From positions 54,487 through 118,486 of the forward strand of contig JAZRMX010000026.1 in NCBI GenBank assembly GCA_045647885.1: DNA of 64,000 nucleotides. Reading direction: 5' to 3'. A program made the position numbers and the translations under genes. The notes beneath the pieces are model-generated. The model was not told the origin of the DNA, searched no databases, and worked only from the letters and a program-made list of their open reading frames with translations. This stretch comes from Bacteroidaceae bacterium. GTDB taxonomy: Bacteria; Bacteroidota; Bacteroidia; Bacteroidales; Bacteroidaceae. Shown piece after piece: positions 16,250 to 26,974 of this stretch (positions are counted from its first letter, which is position 1; each line of letters starts with the position of its first letter).

Positions 16250-17194
16250 TTAGCAACCGAGATAATCTTTTATGTTCTGCTTGATGCGGTCGTCGATGTG
16301 GTCGGTCTCGCCTTTTACGAAGGGCTTGCCAACGATGTGCTCGTAGAGCTCGATGTAACGCTCCGATACGCTGTTTACATACTCGTCGGTCATTTCGGGA
16401 ACCTGCTCGCCCTCGCGTCCCATAAAGCCGTTCTCAATGAGCCACTGGCGTACAAACTCTTTTGACAACTGTTTCTGTGCCTCGCCCTTCTCGAACTTCT
16501 CCTGGTAACCCTCGGCGTAGAAGTAACGTGAAGAGTCGGGGGTGTGAATCTCGTCGATGAGGTAGATTTTGCCATCGCGTTTGCCGAACTCGTACTTTGT
16601 ATCAACGAGTATGAGGCCCTTCTCGGCAGCCATTTGTGAACCACGCTCAAAGAGTGCGTAGGTGTATTTTTCCATCAACTCATAATCCTCCTTGCTCACG
16701 ATGCCTTGAGCGATAATCTCCTCTTTTGAGATGTTCTCGTCGTGGCCGGCATCGGCTTTTGTTGTGGGGGTGATAATGGGAGTAGGGAACTTCTCGTTCT
16801 CACGCATACCCTCGGGCAATGCAACACCGCAGAGTGAACGACAGCCGTTCTTGTACTCTCTCCACGCGCTGCCGGTGAGGTAACCGCGTATAATCATCTC
16901 CACTTTGAAACCTTCGCACTTGAGACCTACGGTAACCATGGGGTCGGGGGTAGCGAGCTTCCAGTTGGGAACAATGTCGGCTGTAGCGTCGAGGAAGGTC
17001 GCTGCAATCTGGTTGAGAACCTGTCCTTTGAAGGGGATACCCTTGGGCAATACAACGTCGAACGCCGAAATGCGGTCGGTTGCTACCATAATGAGCTTGT
17101 CGTTGTCAATATCATATACATCGCGTACTTTTCCGTGGTATACGCTTTTCTGTTTCTTAAAGTGAAACTCGGTGTTGGTCAATGCTTTTGCCAT
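16250..17194 (-). CDS. purC: phosphoribosylaminoimidazole-succinocarboxamide (SAICAR) synthase
   Basis: 'GKVRDVY', 'ATDRISAFD' and '[11 protein letters not shown]' motifs; 314 aa. Confidence 0.9.
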   Translation of the reverse strand: MAKALTNTEFHFKKQKSVYHGKVRDVYDIDNDKLIMVATDRISAFDVVLPKGIPFKGQVLNQIAATFLDATADIVPNWKLATPDPMVTVGLKCEGFKVEMIIRGYLTGSAWREYKNGCRSLCGVALPEGMRENEKFPTPIITPTTKADAGHDENISKEEIIAQGIVSKEDYELMEKYTYALFERGSQMAAEKGLILVDTKYEFGKRDGKIYLIDEIHTPDSSRYFYAEGYQEKFEKGEAQKQLSKEFVRQWLIENGFMGREGEQVPEMTDEYVNSVSERYIELYEHIVGKPFVKGETDHIDDRIKQNIKDYLGC

Positions 17195-17212
17195 ATCTGT
17201 ATTATTTTTTAT

Positions 17213-18172
17213 TTATTCTGTTTTTCTTCTTTTTTCTTCTTTTTCGTAGCTCTCATATGCATCTACAATGCGTGTTACGAGTTTGTGGCGCACGATGTCT
17301 TTCTTGCAGAGGTTTACGAAACCAATTCCCTTTACATCTTTCAAAATTCTGGTTGCCTGTACAAGACCCGAACTTTGCTGCTGCGGCAGGTCAATCTGTG
17401 TGAGGTCACCTGTGATAATCATCTTGGTGTTGTTACCCATACGGGTGAGGAACATCTTTATCTGCTGCGGAGTTGTGTTCTGTGCCTCGTCGAGAATTAC
17501 AATAGCATCGTTCAGTGTGCGGCCACGCATAAAGGCGAGAGGAGCAATCTGTATTACGTTCATCTCCATATACTCCTTTAGCTTTGCCATAGGCACCATA
17601 TCCTCGAGGGCGTCGTAAAGTGGCTGAAGGTAAGGGTCTATCTTGTCGCGCATATCTCCGGGAAGGAAACCCAGCTTCTCGCCGGCTTCCACCGCAGGGC
17701 GGCTCAATATAATCTTTCTTATCTCCTTATTCTTGAGCGCGCGCACGGCAAGAGCAATGGCCATATAGGTCTTTCCCGTTCCTGCAGGGCCCACAGCGAA
17801 GAGCATATCATTTTTCTTGAACTCTTCTACCAGACGGCACTGGTTCTCGTTGCGCGGGTATATGGGCTTGCCGTTTATATTGTAGACGATGACGTTGCTG
17901 TCGTTGCCTTTACCGGCCTTTTTGCCATTCACGGCATCAATTATGGCCTCCTCGTTAAGGCTGTTGTATTTTACGCAATACTCGGTGAGCAGCTCTATTA
18001 CCTTGTTGAAACGTTCGAGTTCCTCCTCGTCGCCAATGGCCTTGATTACGTTGTCGCGTGCAACGATTCTCAATTTAGGGTGCAGGCGCTTGAGCATCTG
18101 CAGGTGTACATTGTTGGCTCCGTAGAAACCCACGGGGTCGAGCCCCTCAAGTATTATATGACGCTCTATCAT
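17213..18172 (-). CDS. phoH: PhoH-family ATPase
   Basis: P-loop 'GPAGTGKTY' and 'ILDEAQN'; 319 aa. Confidence 0.9.
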   Translation of the reverse strand: MIERHIILEGLDPVGFYGANNVHLQMLKRLHPKLRIVARDNVIKAIGDEEELERFNKVIELLTEYCVKYNSLNEEAIIDAVNGKKAGKGNDSNVIVYNINGKPIYPRNENQCRLVEEFKKNDMLFAVGPAGTGKTYMAIALAVRALKNKEIRKIILSRPAVEAGEKLGFLPGDMRDKIDPYLQPLYDALEDMVPMAKLKEYMEMNVIQIAPLAFMRGRTLNDAIVILDEAQNTTPQQIKMFLTRMGNNTKMIITGDLTQIDLPQQQSSGLVQATRILKDVKGIGFVNLCKKDIVRHKLVTRIVDAYESYEKEEKRRKTE

Positions 18173-18201
18173 CTTCTCCTTGTCCTCTCCTTCAGTGTGG
18201 C

Positions 18202-19641
18202 TTATTTACGTTTAACCTCGGCCTCGAATCTTCTGGATGCCTCGCCACCCTCGCTGCAAGAGCAGGGACCGGTGATACAACCGCCGGGGCAAGACATTAC
18301 CTCAACCATCTTTGTGGGGCACTTGCCGGTCTTGGCGTATGCACGCAAAAGAGCGATATTCTTCTTGTTGAGGTCGGCAATAACGGTTCCCTCGAGGTCG
18401 GCCTCTCCGATGTAGTTCTTCACAGCAGTGAATACACCGGCAGTCTTTGCAAAATTGTGAGCATCTTTGCAAGCGCTCTCGGCAGGTGTGTAGGGGATTG
18501 AAGTCTCAATATCCACGCCCATACCTTGTATTACAGCGTCGAGTTCGCGGAATGTCCATACGAAGTCTACGTTGTCGTCGCCCATAGCCTCGGCTTTCTT
18601 TGAAGCACAGGGTGAAACGAATACTGTTACGCAGTCTTCGAATTTCTCTTTCGCATATTTTGCAGTGTAGTGCATGGGCGAACCTGTCGATGATACATAT
18701 TTAACAAGGTCGGGTATGTGTTTGCGTGCAAGGTTCACATAAGCGGGGCAGCAGCTTGTGGTCATAAAGGCTGCGCCTTCCTCTATTTTCTCTTTGAGCT
18801 CTTCACTCTCACGGCGTATGGTCTCTTCGGCACCGTAGGCAACCTCAATTACATCGGTGAAGCCCATTGCTTTGAGTGCGCCGTATACCTGCTCGCTGGG
18901 CTGGCCGAACTGTGCAAGTACAGAGGGAGCTACCATTGCGATAACCTTCTTGCCCTCGCGTATACGTTTGAGTACATCGAATACCTCGCACTTGTCGAAG
19001 ATTGCACCGAAGGGGCAGGCGTTAAGGCACTTGCCACAGTAGATACACTTCTCGGGGTCGATGTGCTCCACACCATACTCGTCTTTAGAAATGGCTTTCA
19101 CGGGGCACGCCTCCTCACAGGGTACGGGCATATAAATGATGGCGTGGTAAGGACATACCTGGTGGCACTTTCCACAGCTGATACATTTTGTGTGGTCAAT
19201 GTGGGCCTTGCCGTCGTTGTCGTATGTTATGGCATCCTTGGGGCAGTTTGTGTAGCAGGGACGTGCTGCACAGCCTCGGCAAAGGTTGGAAACTTCATAG
19301 TTTGTCTTGATACAAGATGAACAAGCCTCGTCCATTACGTGGAGAATCTCATTGTCTGTCGAGATGTTCTCACGCTCTATCATACGCTCGGCGTATGTTT
19401 TCAGTGTGTCAATCTCGTCAACCTCGTCTTTCATAGAGAAGCCGAGCATTGCCATAGTCTTGTACTTGGTCACGGCGCGCTCTTTGTGAACGCAGCAGCG
19501 GCCCTGAGGTTTTTGGTTGCGGGGATGCAACAGGTAGGGTAGGCGGTCGATTTTTTCAACGAGTTCGTTGTTTTTCCACATTGCTACCAATTCTGCCAAC
19601 AGACGATATCTCACAAACATAACATTGTTATTATATGCCAT
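18202..19641 (-). CDS. [FeFe] hydrogenase (monomeric, ferredoxin-domain N-terminus)
   Basis: 4Fe-4S motifs 'CISCGKCHQVCP' and 'CIYCGKCLNACP'. H-cluster motifs 'TSCCPAY', 'SPCASKK' and 'MSCPGGC'. The start is set at ATG 19641 (MAYNNN), because the track ORF extension to 19896 runs through the divergent promoter and into hydE. Confidence 0.88.
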   Translation of the reverse strand: MAYNNNVMFVRYRLLAELVAMWKNNELVEKIDRLPYLLHPRNQKPQGRCCVHKERAVTKYKTMAMLGFSMKDEVDEIDTLKTYAERMIERENISTDNEILHVMDEACSSCIKTNYEVSNLCRGCAARPCYTNCPKDAITYDNDGKAHIDHTKCISCGKCHQVCPYHAIIYMPVPCEEACPVKAISKDEYGVEHIDPEKCIYCGKCLNACPFGAIFDKCEVFDVLKRIREGKKVIAMVAPSVLAQFGQPSEQVYGALKAMGFTDVIEVAYGAEETIRRESEELKEKIEEGAAFMTTSCCPAYVNLARKHIPDLVKYVSSTGSPMHYTAKYAKEKFEDCVTVFVSPCASKKAEAMGDDNVDFVWTFRELDAVIQGMGVDIETSIPYTPAESACKDAHNFAKTAGVFTAVKNYIGEADLEGTVIADLNKKNIALLRAYAKTGKCPTKMVEVMSCPGGCITGPCSCSEGGEASRRFEAEVKRK

Positions 19642-19767
19642 AGTATATATATGTTTTTGTTTATATTTTCGTATGTGATTGTTGCGGAGCTGTGCTTCAT
19701 TTAAATGAAATTTAAAAGCACTCCGTAATTTTGCCGTAAAAATAGTTAAAAAAAATATACTTTCTTC

Positions 19768-19775
19768 TAATTTTG
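19768..19775 (+). promoter_or_regulatory. Bacteroidota -7 box (TAatTTTG) upstream of hydE
   Basis: TAATTTTG matches TAnnTTTG and ends 30 nt before ATG 19806. Confidence 0.45.
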
Positions 19776-19805
19776 CAGTAATGTTTGCATCGAATAATAA
19801 AAAAA

Positions 19806-20858
19806 ATGGATAAAAACGAGTTTTTTTCGCTTTTGGAGCGCGTGGAAACGGCCGAAAGGGTGGAGCGCAGCGAATGGCTCGCCCTTCTCTCTTCACTCAC
19901 AGCAGAGGAGCGCGAGGCGCTGGCTGTCAAGGCACGTGCAACCTCTGCCTTGAATTTTGGCACAGGGGTTTTTGTGCGTGGTCTTGTGGAGATAAGTTCC
20001 TATTGCAAGAATAACTGTTTTTATTGCGGCTTGCGCTGTGCGAACAAAAATGCGACGCGTTACCGCCTTACAAAAGAGGAGATACTTGTTTGTTGTCGCG
20101 AGGGTGCTGCCCTTGGGTTCAATACTTTTGTGCTGCAAGGTGGTGAAGACCCGGTGCAGAACGATGCCTTTATTGCCGATGTGGTTGCTGCCCTGCACAC
20201 TGAATTCCCAGAGAAGGCCATAACTCTTTCTGTGGGTGAGCGTAGCGAGGATGCTTACAAGGCTTTTCGCCAGGCGGGTGCGGCACGTTATCTCCTGCGT
20301 CACGAAACGCGCAATGATGCGCATTATGCTCACTTGCACCCCTCTATTATGAGTGCCGAAAAACGCAGAGAATGCCTTTATGCTCTCCGCCGTTTGGGTT
20401 ATCAAGTGGGTAGTGGCTTTATGGTGGGCTCTCCCGGGCAAGTGCTTGAAAATGTTGTCGACGATATTCTTTTTCTTGAGGAGCTGCAACCACAGATGAT
20501 AGGCATAGGACCTTTTATTCCTGCGACAGGTACTCCTTTTGAGAATTGCCCTGCCGGTAGTGCGGAACTTACACTTCTTCTGCTCTCGCTTTTGCGCTTA
20601 CGTTTCCCCAAAGCTCTTATCCCTGCAACCACAGCCCTTTCTACGCTCTTGCCCGACGGCGTGGAGCGCGGAATACTTGCCGGAGCCAATGTGGTGATGC
20701 CAAATCTCTCCCCCGAGTGCGTGCGTGGGAAATATTCCATTTATAATAATAAGAAGACAAGCGGCAGCGAGTCGGCGCAGCAGCTTGCGAGGCTCGAGGA
20801 GCGCTTGCGTGCCATAGGTTATTACATCGATTACGGTCGTGGCGATTATCCTGCGTGA
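19806..20858 (+). CDS. hydE: [FeFe] hydrogenase H-cluster radical-SAM maturase HydE
   Basis: Radical-SAM 'CKNNCFYCGLR'. BioB-like length. It sits next to hydG and hydF and is divergent from the hydrogenase gene. Confidence 0.85.
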   Translation: MDKNEFFSLLERVETAERVERSEWLALLSSLTAEEREALAVKARATSALNFGTGVFVRGLVEISSYCKNNCFYCGLRCANKNATRYRLTKEEILVCCREGAALGFNTFVLQGGEDPVQNDAFIADVVAALHTEFPEKAITLSVGERSEDAYKAFRQAGAARYLLRHETRNDAHYAHLHPSIMSAEKRRECLYALRRLGYQVGSGFMVGSPGQVLENVVDDILFLEELQPQMIGIGPFIPATGTPFENCPAGSAELTLLLLSLLRLRFPKALIPATTALSTLLPDGVERGILAGANVVMPNLSPECVRGKYSIYNNKKTSGSESAQQLARLEERLRAIGYYIDYGRGDYPA

Positions 20859-20951
20859 TTTTTTGAACAAACTTTTTCGCCATCTTAAAAAAAACTTGTA
20901 ACTTGCACAGGTTTTGATGAATTGACGGGCAAGGTGTCCGTTGGAGCGATT

Positions 20952-22382
20952 ATGGAAAAAGTTATGTACAACGTAAAATCACAAAAAGCCGAGGAGTTTA
21001 TATGCGACAGCGAGATACGCGACACAATGGCGTATGCTGCTGAACGTTCGGCCGATAAGGAATATATTAAAGAGATTATAGAGAAGGCACGTGCCTGCAA
21101 GGGAATAACACACCGCGAGGCTGCTGTACTGCTCGAGTGCAACGACCCTGAACTGCTCGAGGAGATGTATGCTCTTGCACGCGAGATAAAACATAAATTC
21201 TATGGCAACCGCATAGTGATGTTTGCGCCTCTTTATCTTTCGAACTATTGCGTAAATGGTTGTGTCTATTGTCCTTATCACGCAAAAAATAAGACTATAC
21301 GTCGTAAGAAACTTACACAGGAGGAGATACGTGCCGAGGTTATTGCCTTGCAGGATATGGGACACAAACGCCTTGCTCTTGAGGCTGGCGAGCATCCGCT
21401 GATGAACCCAATAGAGTATATCCTCGAGAGTATAAAGACAATCTACAGTATTAAGCATAAGAATGGTGCGATACGCCGTGTGAATGTGAATATTGCAGCA
21501 ACCACGGTGGAGAATTATCGTCGTCTGAAGGATGCCGGAATAGGTACATATATCCTTTTCCAGGAGACATACAACAAGGCTAATTATGAGCTTTTGCACC
21601 CCACAGGCCCTAAAAAGGATTATGCTTACCACACCGAGGCTATGGACCGTGCTATGCAGGGCGGCATAGACGATGTCGGTATTGGCGTGCTTTTCGGGTT
21701 AGAAACATTCCGTTACGATTTTATTGGCCTTCTTATGCACGCAGAACATCTTGAGGCAACATATGGAGTGGGACCTCACACTATAAGCGTGCCCCGTCTT
21801 TGCGCAGCCGATGATATTGACACTGCCGATTTTGAAAATGCTGTGCCCGACGATATTTTCCACAAGATTGTAGCAATAATACGTATTGCTGTGCCTTATA
21901 CGGGTATGATTATCTCCACACGCGAGAGTGTGAAGAGCCGCGAAAAGGTTCTCGAACTTGGTGTTTCGCAGATAAGCGGCGGTTCGCGTACAAGCGTTGG
22001 CGGTTATGTTACCGAGGAGAGCGAGGAGGAGAATTCCGCTCAATTCGACATTTCGGACCATCGCACTCTCGACGAGATTGTCGGCTGGTTGCTCGATCTT
22101 GACCACATTCCCAGTTTCTGTACAGCCTGTTATCGCGAGGGGCGCACCGGCGACCGTTTTATGACACTGCTGAAGAACGGCCAGATATCGAACTGTTGCC
22201 TGCCCAATGCTCTTTTTACCCTTAAAGAGTATTTGAAGGATTATGCTTCCCCCGCTACACGCGAAAAGGGTGAAGCTATGATTAAACGCCTTTTACAAAC
22301 TGTGCCCAATGAGAAGGCGCGCGCAACAGCGGCAAAATATCTCGATGCGATAGAGGAGGGTAAACGCGATTTTCATTTTTAA
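20952..22382 (+). CDS. hydG: [FeFe] hydrogenase H-cluster radical-SAM maturase HydG
   Basis: 'CVNGCVYCPY' and C-terminal 'CTACYREGRTGDRF'. The start is taken at ATG 20952, because the track start at 20922 is a TTG. Confidence 0.88.
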   Translation: MEKVMYNVKSQKAEEFICDSEIRDTMAYAAERSADKEYIKEIIEKARACKGITHREAAVLLECNDPELLEEMYALAREIKHKFYGNRIVMFAPLYLSNYCVNGCVYCPYHAKNKTIRRKKLTQEEIRAEVIALQDMGHKRLALEAGEHPLMNPIEYILESIKTIYSIKHKNGAIRRVNVNIAATTVENYRRLKDAGIGTYILFQETYNKANYELLHPTGPKKDYAYHTEAMDRAMQGGIDDVGIGVLFGLETFRYDFIGLLMHAEHLEATYGVGPHTISVPRLCAADDIDTADFENAVPDDIFHKIVAIIRIAVPYTGMIISTRESVKSREKVLELGVSQISGGSRTSVGGYVTEESEEENSAQFDISDHRTLDEIVGWLLDLDHIPSFCTACYREGRTGDRFMTLLKNGQISNCCLPNALFTLKEYLKDYASPATREKGEAMIKRLLQTVPNEKARATAAKYLDAIEEGKRDFHF

Positions 22383-22387
22383 GGAGT

Positions 22388-23569
22388 ATGACAACCATAG
22401 CACGCTCAAACAGGTATCACATAGGAATCTTCGGCCGTCGCAACGCCGGAAAATCCTCTCTTGTAAATGCGCTGGCGGGGCAACAAGTTTCCATAGTGAG
22501 CGATGTTGCCGGCACCACAACAGATGTGGTGTGGAAAAATATAGAACTTCCCGGAATAGGTGCGGCGGTAATTGGTGACACTGCCGGTTACGACGATGAA
22601 GGCGAGCTTGGTGCAATGCGTGTGGAGAGTGCGCGCAAGAGTATTGCGCGTGTAGACCTCGCAATACTTCTTCTTTCTGCCGGTGTTTCCGATGCCACTC
22701 TCGAAAAAGAGTGGCTCTCATTGTTTGATAAGGCTGCGGTACCGGTAATATGTATAGTTGGTAAAAAAGATGCCTTTTCGGCAGAACTTGCTTTTTGGGA
22801 AGGAGCGCTCGGGCGCAAGGTCTATGCTTTTTCTTCTGTAACGGGTGAGGGTAAAGAACAACTCCTCTCGCTTATGGCAGAATATTATAAAAAGGACGAA
22901 AATATTGACGATATAACTCACTCGCTTGTGAAGGCCGGCGACACGGTTCTCTTGGTTATGCCGCAGGACGCGCAAGCACCGCAGGGGCGTCTTATTATGC
23001 CGCAGGTGCAGACGCTGCGCAACCTTCTCGACAAACATTGCCTCTCATTCTGCTGCGCTCCCGAGGAGTTGCCACAGATGCTCTCTGCTTTGAAGGAACC
23101 ACCCTCGCTTGTGATTACCGACTCGCAGGTTTTTGCGCAGGTTGAAAAGCAGATTCCCCCGCAAAGTCGCTTAACCTCCTTCTCGGTGCTTATGGCACGC
23201 CACAAAGGAGATATCGAGAGCTTTAGAAAAGGGGCCGATGCACTGCTTGCACTTCCTGCTGATGCGCGCATACTCATTGCCGAGGCTTGCTCGCATATAC
23301 CCCAGAACGAGGATATTGGACGTGTGAAGCTTCCCCGTCTGCTGCGCAAACATTTTGGCGAAGGAATAACCATAGATGTAGTTTCGGGCAACGATTTTCC
23401 TGCGGACCTCTCCTCTTATAATATTGTGATACATTGCGGTGCCTGTATGTTTACCCGTCGTCACGTTATGTCGCGTCTGCGTCAGGCAAAGGCACAGGAG
23501 GTGCCCATCACTAATTATGGAATAGCTATAGCCGCGCTTACAGGCATTCTGCCTAAAGTGGTTTATTGA
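22388..23569 (+). CDS. hydF: [FeFe] hydrogenase H-cluster maturation GTPase HydF
   Basis: G1 'GRRNAGKSS', G3 'DTAGYDD' and G4 'GKKD'. C-terminal cluster ligands 'EACSH ... HCGAC'. Confidence 0.88.
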   Translation: MTTIARSNRYHIGIFGRRNAGKSSLVNALAGQQVSIVSDVAGTTTDVVWKNIELPGIGAAVIGDTAGYDDEGELGAMRVESARKSIARVDLAILLLSAGVSDATLEKEWLSLFDKAAVPVICIVGKKDAFSAELAFWEGALGRKVYAFSSVTGEGKEQLLSLMAEYYKKDENIDDITHSLVKAGDTVLLVMPQDAQAPQGRLIMPQVQTLRNLLDKHCLSFCCAPEELPQMLSALKEPPSLVITDSQVFAQVEKQIPPQSRLTSFSVLMARHKGDIESFRKGADALLALPADARILIAEACSHIPQNEDIGRVKLPRLLRKHFGEGITIDVVSGNDFPADLSSYNIVIHCGACMFTRRHVMSRLRQAKAQEVPITNYGIAIAALTGILPKVVY

Positions 23570-23582
23570 TAATTTTATTGTT

Positions 23583-24242
23583 ATGAAGATACTTGAAAAA
23601 CTCTGTCTCCTTCTTGTGGCAGCCATTTTTGTGGCATGCTCTTCGGAGGTGCGATACGAACCCAAGATTGAGCGCCCCGAAAAACCCCGTCGTTTGAAGT
23701 ATGTGAAGTTCCGTCGCGACTTCAATGATATGAACGACACGCATTTGGCGGCAGCGCAAGTTATCGGCATAGAGCCGCTTGCTTCGCGCGACGATATTGC
23801 GAACGCAACCCGTGAACTTGTATATCTCGACGATGAGGCAGCTTATGTTCTCGACAACCTCACACACTCTTCGCCCTTGCTCGTTCCCGAGGCTGCTGCT
23901 TTGCTGAAGGAGATAGGAGAGAACTTTCAGGATTCCTTGGTGGCGCACCATTTTTCTCCGTATAAGGTCATTGTCTCTTCGGTTCTTCGCACCGACGAGG
24001 ATGTGAAAAAACTTTCGCGTCGTAACATCAACGCTTCTAAACGTTCTGTTCACTGCTACGGCACAACCTTTGATATTACCTATAAGCGTTTTCATCGTGT
24101 GGATAATGATGAACCCGAGGTATCGCAGGCTAAGTTGCAGGCTGTACTGGGCGAGGTGCTTTACGATTTGAAAAAACAAGGCCGTTGTTATGTGAAATTT
24201 GAGGTGAAGCAGGCGTGTTTCCACATAACCACTCGCAAGTAA
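23583..24242 (+). CDS. lipoprotein, DUF5715/LAS (M15-like) peptidase fold suspected
   Basis: Lipobox 'IFVACSS'. 'SVLRTDEDV' and 'VHCYGTTFDI' resemble VanY/M15-type metal-site segments. Tentative. Confidence 0.5.
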   Translation: MKILEKLCLLLVAAIFVACSSEVRYEPKIERPEKPRRLKYVKFRRDFNDMNDTHLAAAQVIGIEPLASRDDIANATRELVYLDDEAAYVLDNLTHSSPLLVPEAAALLKEIGENFQDSLVAHHFSPYKVIVSSVLRTDEDVKKLSRRNINASKRSVHCYGTTFDITYKRFHRVDNDEPEVSQAKLQAVLGEVLYDLKKQGRCYVKFEVKQACFHITTRK

Positions 24243-24390
24243 CAGGTTGGTATTGTTGATGGTGGAATATGTTTTGAATATCTGAAAATTGTTTCTACAA
24301 TATTGTATTTATTACTCGCAGGGCATGCCGGTGTGTGTCAGAATGAATGGATAAAAATTGGGGGCAGACACATAGTCCTTATTTTACTAC

Positions 24391-24425
24391 AAAAAGCGTG
24401 CAACCAATTGGTTGCACGCTTTTTG
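24391..24425. terminator. bidirectional intrinsic terminator
   Basis: AAAAAGCGTGCAACC-aatt-GGTTGCACGCTTTTT lies between convergent genes. Confidence 0.8.
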
Positions 24426-24445
24426 GAGTCTGTTGTTGCTCTTAA

Positions 24446-25033
24446 TTAATCCTTATTGTATCGTTTGTTCAAACCACTTATAACCTCTTTTGTAATGTCG
24501 AGAGCCTGGTTTGCATAAAGCAGGTTGTCGCCCACGCGACTGATGATTAGGTCGTAACCCATCTCTTTGTTGTATTCATTGAGGAATGAATTTATTGAGT
24601 CGCGAAGAATGATATTGTTCTTCTGGCTCTCTGTTGCAAGCTCCGCTGCAAGGCGCTCCGAAAGTTTTTCGTAATCCTCGCGGCGCTTGATTATGCGGTT
24701 CTGTTCCTCTTCGGCACGTCTTTGTGTTGCATAAACATTGTTCTCGAGCTTGCGCTGGAAATCTTCAATGTCGGCCTGTATGTCTTTTGCCTTTTCGCTC
24801 AATGTCATGCGCATATTTTCCTCCTTGCGCAACATCTCTTTGTTTATTGTTATTGACAAATCGTAGCTTGAGAGCAACGAATCAATGTCGACAAATGCAA
24901 TTTTAATCCCTTTTACACCTTCGCATACTGCGGGTGAGGCAGGTGCAGGTGTGTTCTCCTGGTTACATTGTGTGAAAGTCAGCATTGCAGCAAAAGCAAC
25001 TGCAAAGAGTTTAAGATTCTTAAAATTTTTCAT
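24446..25033 (-). CDS. OmpH/Skp-family periplasmic chaperone
   Basis: Signal peptide plus 'TQCN', then 'IAFVDIDSLLSSYDL', then a long charged coiled coil; 195 aa. Confidence 0.8.
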   Translation of the reverse strand: MKNFKNLKLFAVAFAAMLTFTQCNQENTPAPASPAVCEGVKGIKIAFVDIDSLLSSYDLSITINKEMLRKEENMRMTLSEKAKDIQADIEDFQRKLENNVYATQRRAEEEQNRIIKRREDYEKLSERLAAELATESQKNNIILRDSINSFLNEYNKEMGYDLIISRVGDNLLYANQALDITKEVISGLNKRYNKD

Positions 25034-25044
25034 AGTTCTATTTC

Positions 25045-25260
25045 TTATTTTTTTCTTGTTTCACTCACGGAAAGAGGGTTGATGCGGCGTGCATCCTTGT
25101 CCTGCGACTGCACGCATTTTATTCCTCTCTTGCGCATATGTTTGTTTCCACCCACGTGCGTGTTGGGGAATTTCCCGTTCTTTTTTATAATTATGGTTAT
25201 TGCTAATAAAGCAAAACTTATAGCAATTATTAACAGAGTAAGTAGTAAAGTTTGCAACAT
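25045..25260 (-). CDS. small membrane protein (71 aa), hypothetical
   Basis: N-terminal TM segment 'LLLTLLIIAISFALLAITIII' followed by a basic tail. It lies 11 nt upstream of the OmpH-like gene on the same strand. Confidence 0.5.
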   Translation of the reverse strand: MLQTLLLTLLIIAISFALLAITIIIKKNGKFPNTHVGGNKHMRKRGIKCVQSQDKDARRINPLSVSETRKK

Positions 25261-25457
25261 TTCAATTATATTTGCTCAACAACAGTAGTTGTATCCCTTA
25301 TGGGTGTTTTTTATATGCGGTGCGAAGATAACTTTTTTGTCCGTCTTTCCGCATTATTACGGGTAAAAAAATATCAAAAAGGGATTAAATGTTTCATTTA
25401 TTAAAGTTATTTTACAAAGAGAATTTATAAATTAACAAATTTAAACAATAAATAGAT

Positions 25458-26915
25458 ATGGAGAATTTGAATTTGCAACCCCAAGCGGTGTTCAACTATT
25501 TTTTGCAGTTATGTAAAATTCCTCACGGCTCCAAGAATGAGGCGCAGATATCGAAGTTCCTTCAGGATTTTGGAAAAAGCCTTGGTTTTGAGACTCTCGC
25601 CGACGAGGTGGGCAATGTCCTTATTAAGAAACCTGCCACTCCCGGTTATGAGAACCGCAAGACTGTGATTCTGCAGGGACATATGGATATGGTGTGCGAC
25701 AAGCGCCCCGACGTGGTACACGATTTTACCAAAGATCCCATAAAGGCTTTTGTTGATGGCGAGTGGCTGAAAGCCGAGGGTACCACTCTTGGTGCCGATA
25801 ACGGTATAGGCGTAGCAGCTGGTATGGCGGTGCTTGCCGACAAGGAACTGAAGCACGGCCCCATAAATTGCTTGTTTACAATAGACGAGGAGACAGGACT
25901 TACCGGTGCCGAGAAACTTACTCCCGAATTCTTAAAGGGGGATATTCTCATAAATCTCGATTCAGAGGACGAGGGCGACATTTTCATTGGTTGCGCCGGA
26001 GGTATGCGCACAACTGCGCTCTTCAAACATATGTGGGTTCCTGTTGCCGGCGATATGTTCTATATGAAGATTGATATCTCGGGTCTTACCGGAGGTCACT
26101 CGGGCGACGATATCGAGAAGGGGCGTGCCAATGCCAATAAATTGCTTTGCCGTTTCCTTTGTCGTGTGGCCGACAAATATGAATTCTATCTTTGCGATAT
26201 TTCCGGTGGTAGCCTGCATAATGCAATACCGCGCGATGCTTCTGCTGTAATTGCTGTTCAGGCGGCCGACAAAGAGTCTGTACGCATAGACTTCAATATC
26301 TTTGCAGCTGAGGTTCAGGACGAATATAGTGTTACCGAGCCTAACGCCAGTTTCCTTCTTCAGAGTACAGAGCCCACCAGACGTTGCATAGACCCTGCTG
26401 TGGCTAAAGGTTTGTTGAAGGGTGTGAATGCTGCATTTAACGGAGTGTTCGCTATGAGTCAGGATATGCCCGGTCTTGTGGAGACCTCGAGCAACCTTGC
26501 TTCCATTAAACGTGAATCGGAAAATGTACTTGTTGTCACCACAAGCCAGCGCAGTTCCATTGAGTCGGGTCGTTATGCGGTTTCCGACGCTGTACGTGCG
26601 GCGTTTGAGCTTGCCGGTGCAAAGGTTGAGTGCAACGGCGGTTACCCCGGTTGGAAGCCCAATGTTAAGTCGGAAATTTTGAAGGTTGCTTGCGATACCT
26701 ATAAGGAGATGTTTGGCAAGGAGGCAAATGTGAGAGCAATTCACGCAGGTCTTGAATGTGGTCTTTTCCTTGAGAAAGCCCCTGGTCTTGATATGATTTC
26801 TTTCGGCCCTACAATGCGTGGCGTGCACTCTCCCGATGAGCGTTTGAACATCCCTTCGACCGAGCGTTGGTGGCGTCACCTTGTTGCTGTGCTCGAAAAT
26901 GTGCCTGTAAAATAA
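25458..26915 (+). CDS. pepD: aminoacyl-histidine (Xaa-His) dipeptidase, M20C
   Basis: 'LQGHMDMVC', 'GADNGIGVA' and 'FTIDEETGLTGA'; 485 aa. Confidence 0.9.
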   Translation: MENLNLQPQAVFNYFLQLCKIPHGSKNEAQISKFLQDFGKSLGFETLADEVGNVLIKKPATPGYENRKTVILQGHMDMVCDKRPDVVHDFTKDPIKAFVDGEWLKAEGTTLGADNGIGVAAGMAVLADKELKHGPINCLFTIDEETGLTGAEKLTPEFLKGDILINLDSEDEGDIFIGCAGGMRTTALFKHMWVPVAGDMFYMKIDISGLTGGHSGDDIEKGRANANKLLCRFLCRVADKYEFYLCDISGGSLHNAIPRDASAVIAVQAADKESVRIDFNIFAAEVQDEYSVTEPNASFLLQSTEPTRRCIDPAVAKGLLKGVNAAFNGVFAMSQDMPGLVETSSNLASIKRESENVLVVTTSQRSSIESGRYAVSDAVRAAFELAGAKVECNGGYPGWKPNVKSEILKVACDTYKEMFGKEANVRAIHAGLECGLFLEKAPGLDMISFGPTMRGVHSPDERLNIPSTERWWRHLVAVLENVPVK

Positions 26916-26974
26916 TGTACATACAATAATAGGGGTTTTTGCCCGTTACTATTGTGATGTAAAAATTAGAATGA

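Noticed and set aside
19642-19896. 85-codon N-terminal extension of the hydrogenase ORF given in the track
   Set aside because: The extension is low-complexity. It crosses the divergent promoter region and overlaps the hydE start. The ATG at 19641 (MAYNNN) gives a normal protein.
25962-26879. 305-aa ORF antisense to pepD
   Set aside because: It lies entirely inside a strongly supported gene (M20 motifs on the plus strand). Its sequence is low-information, so it is a typical shadow ORF.
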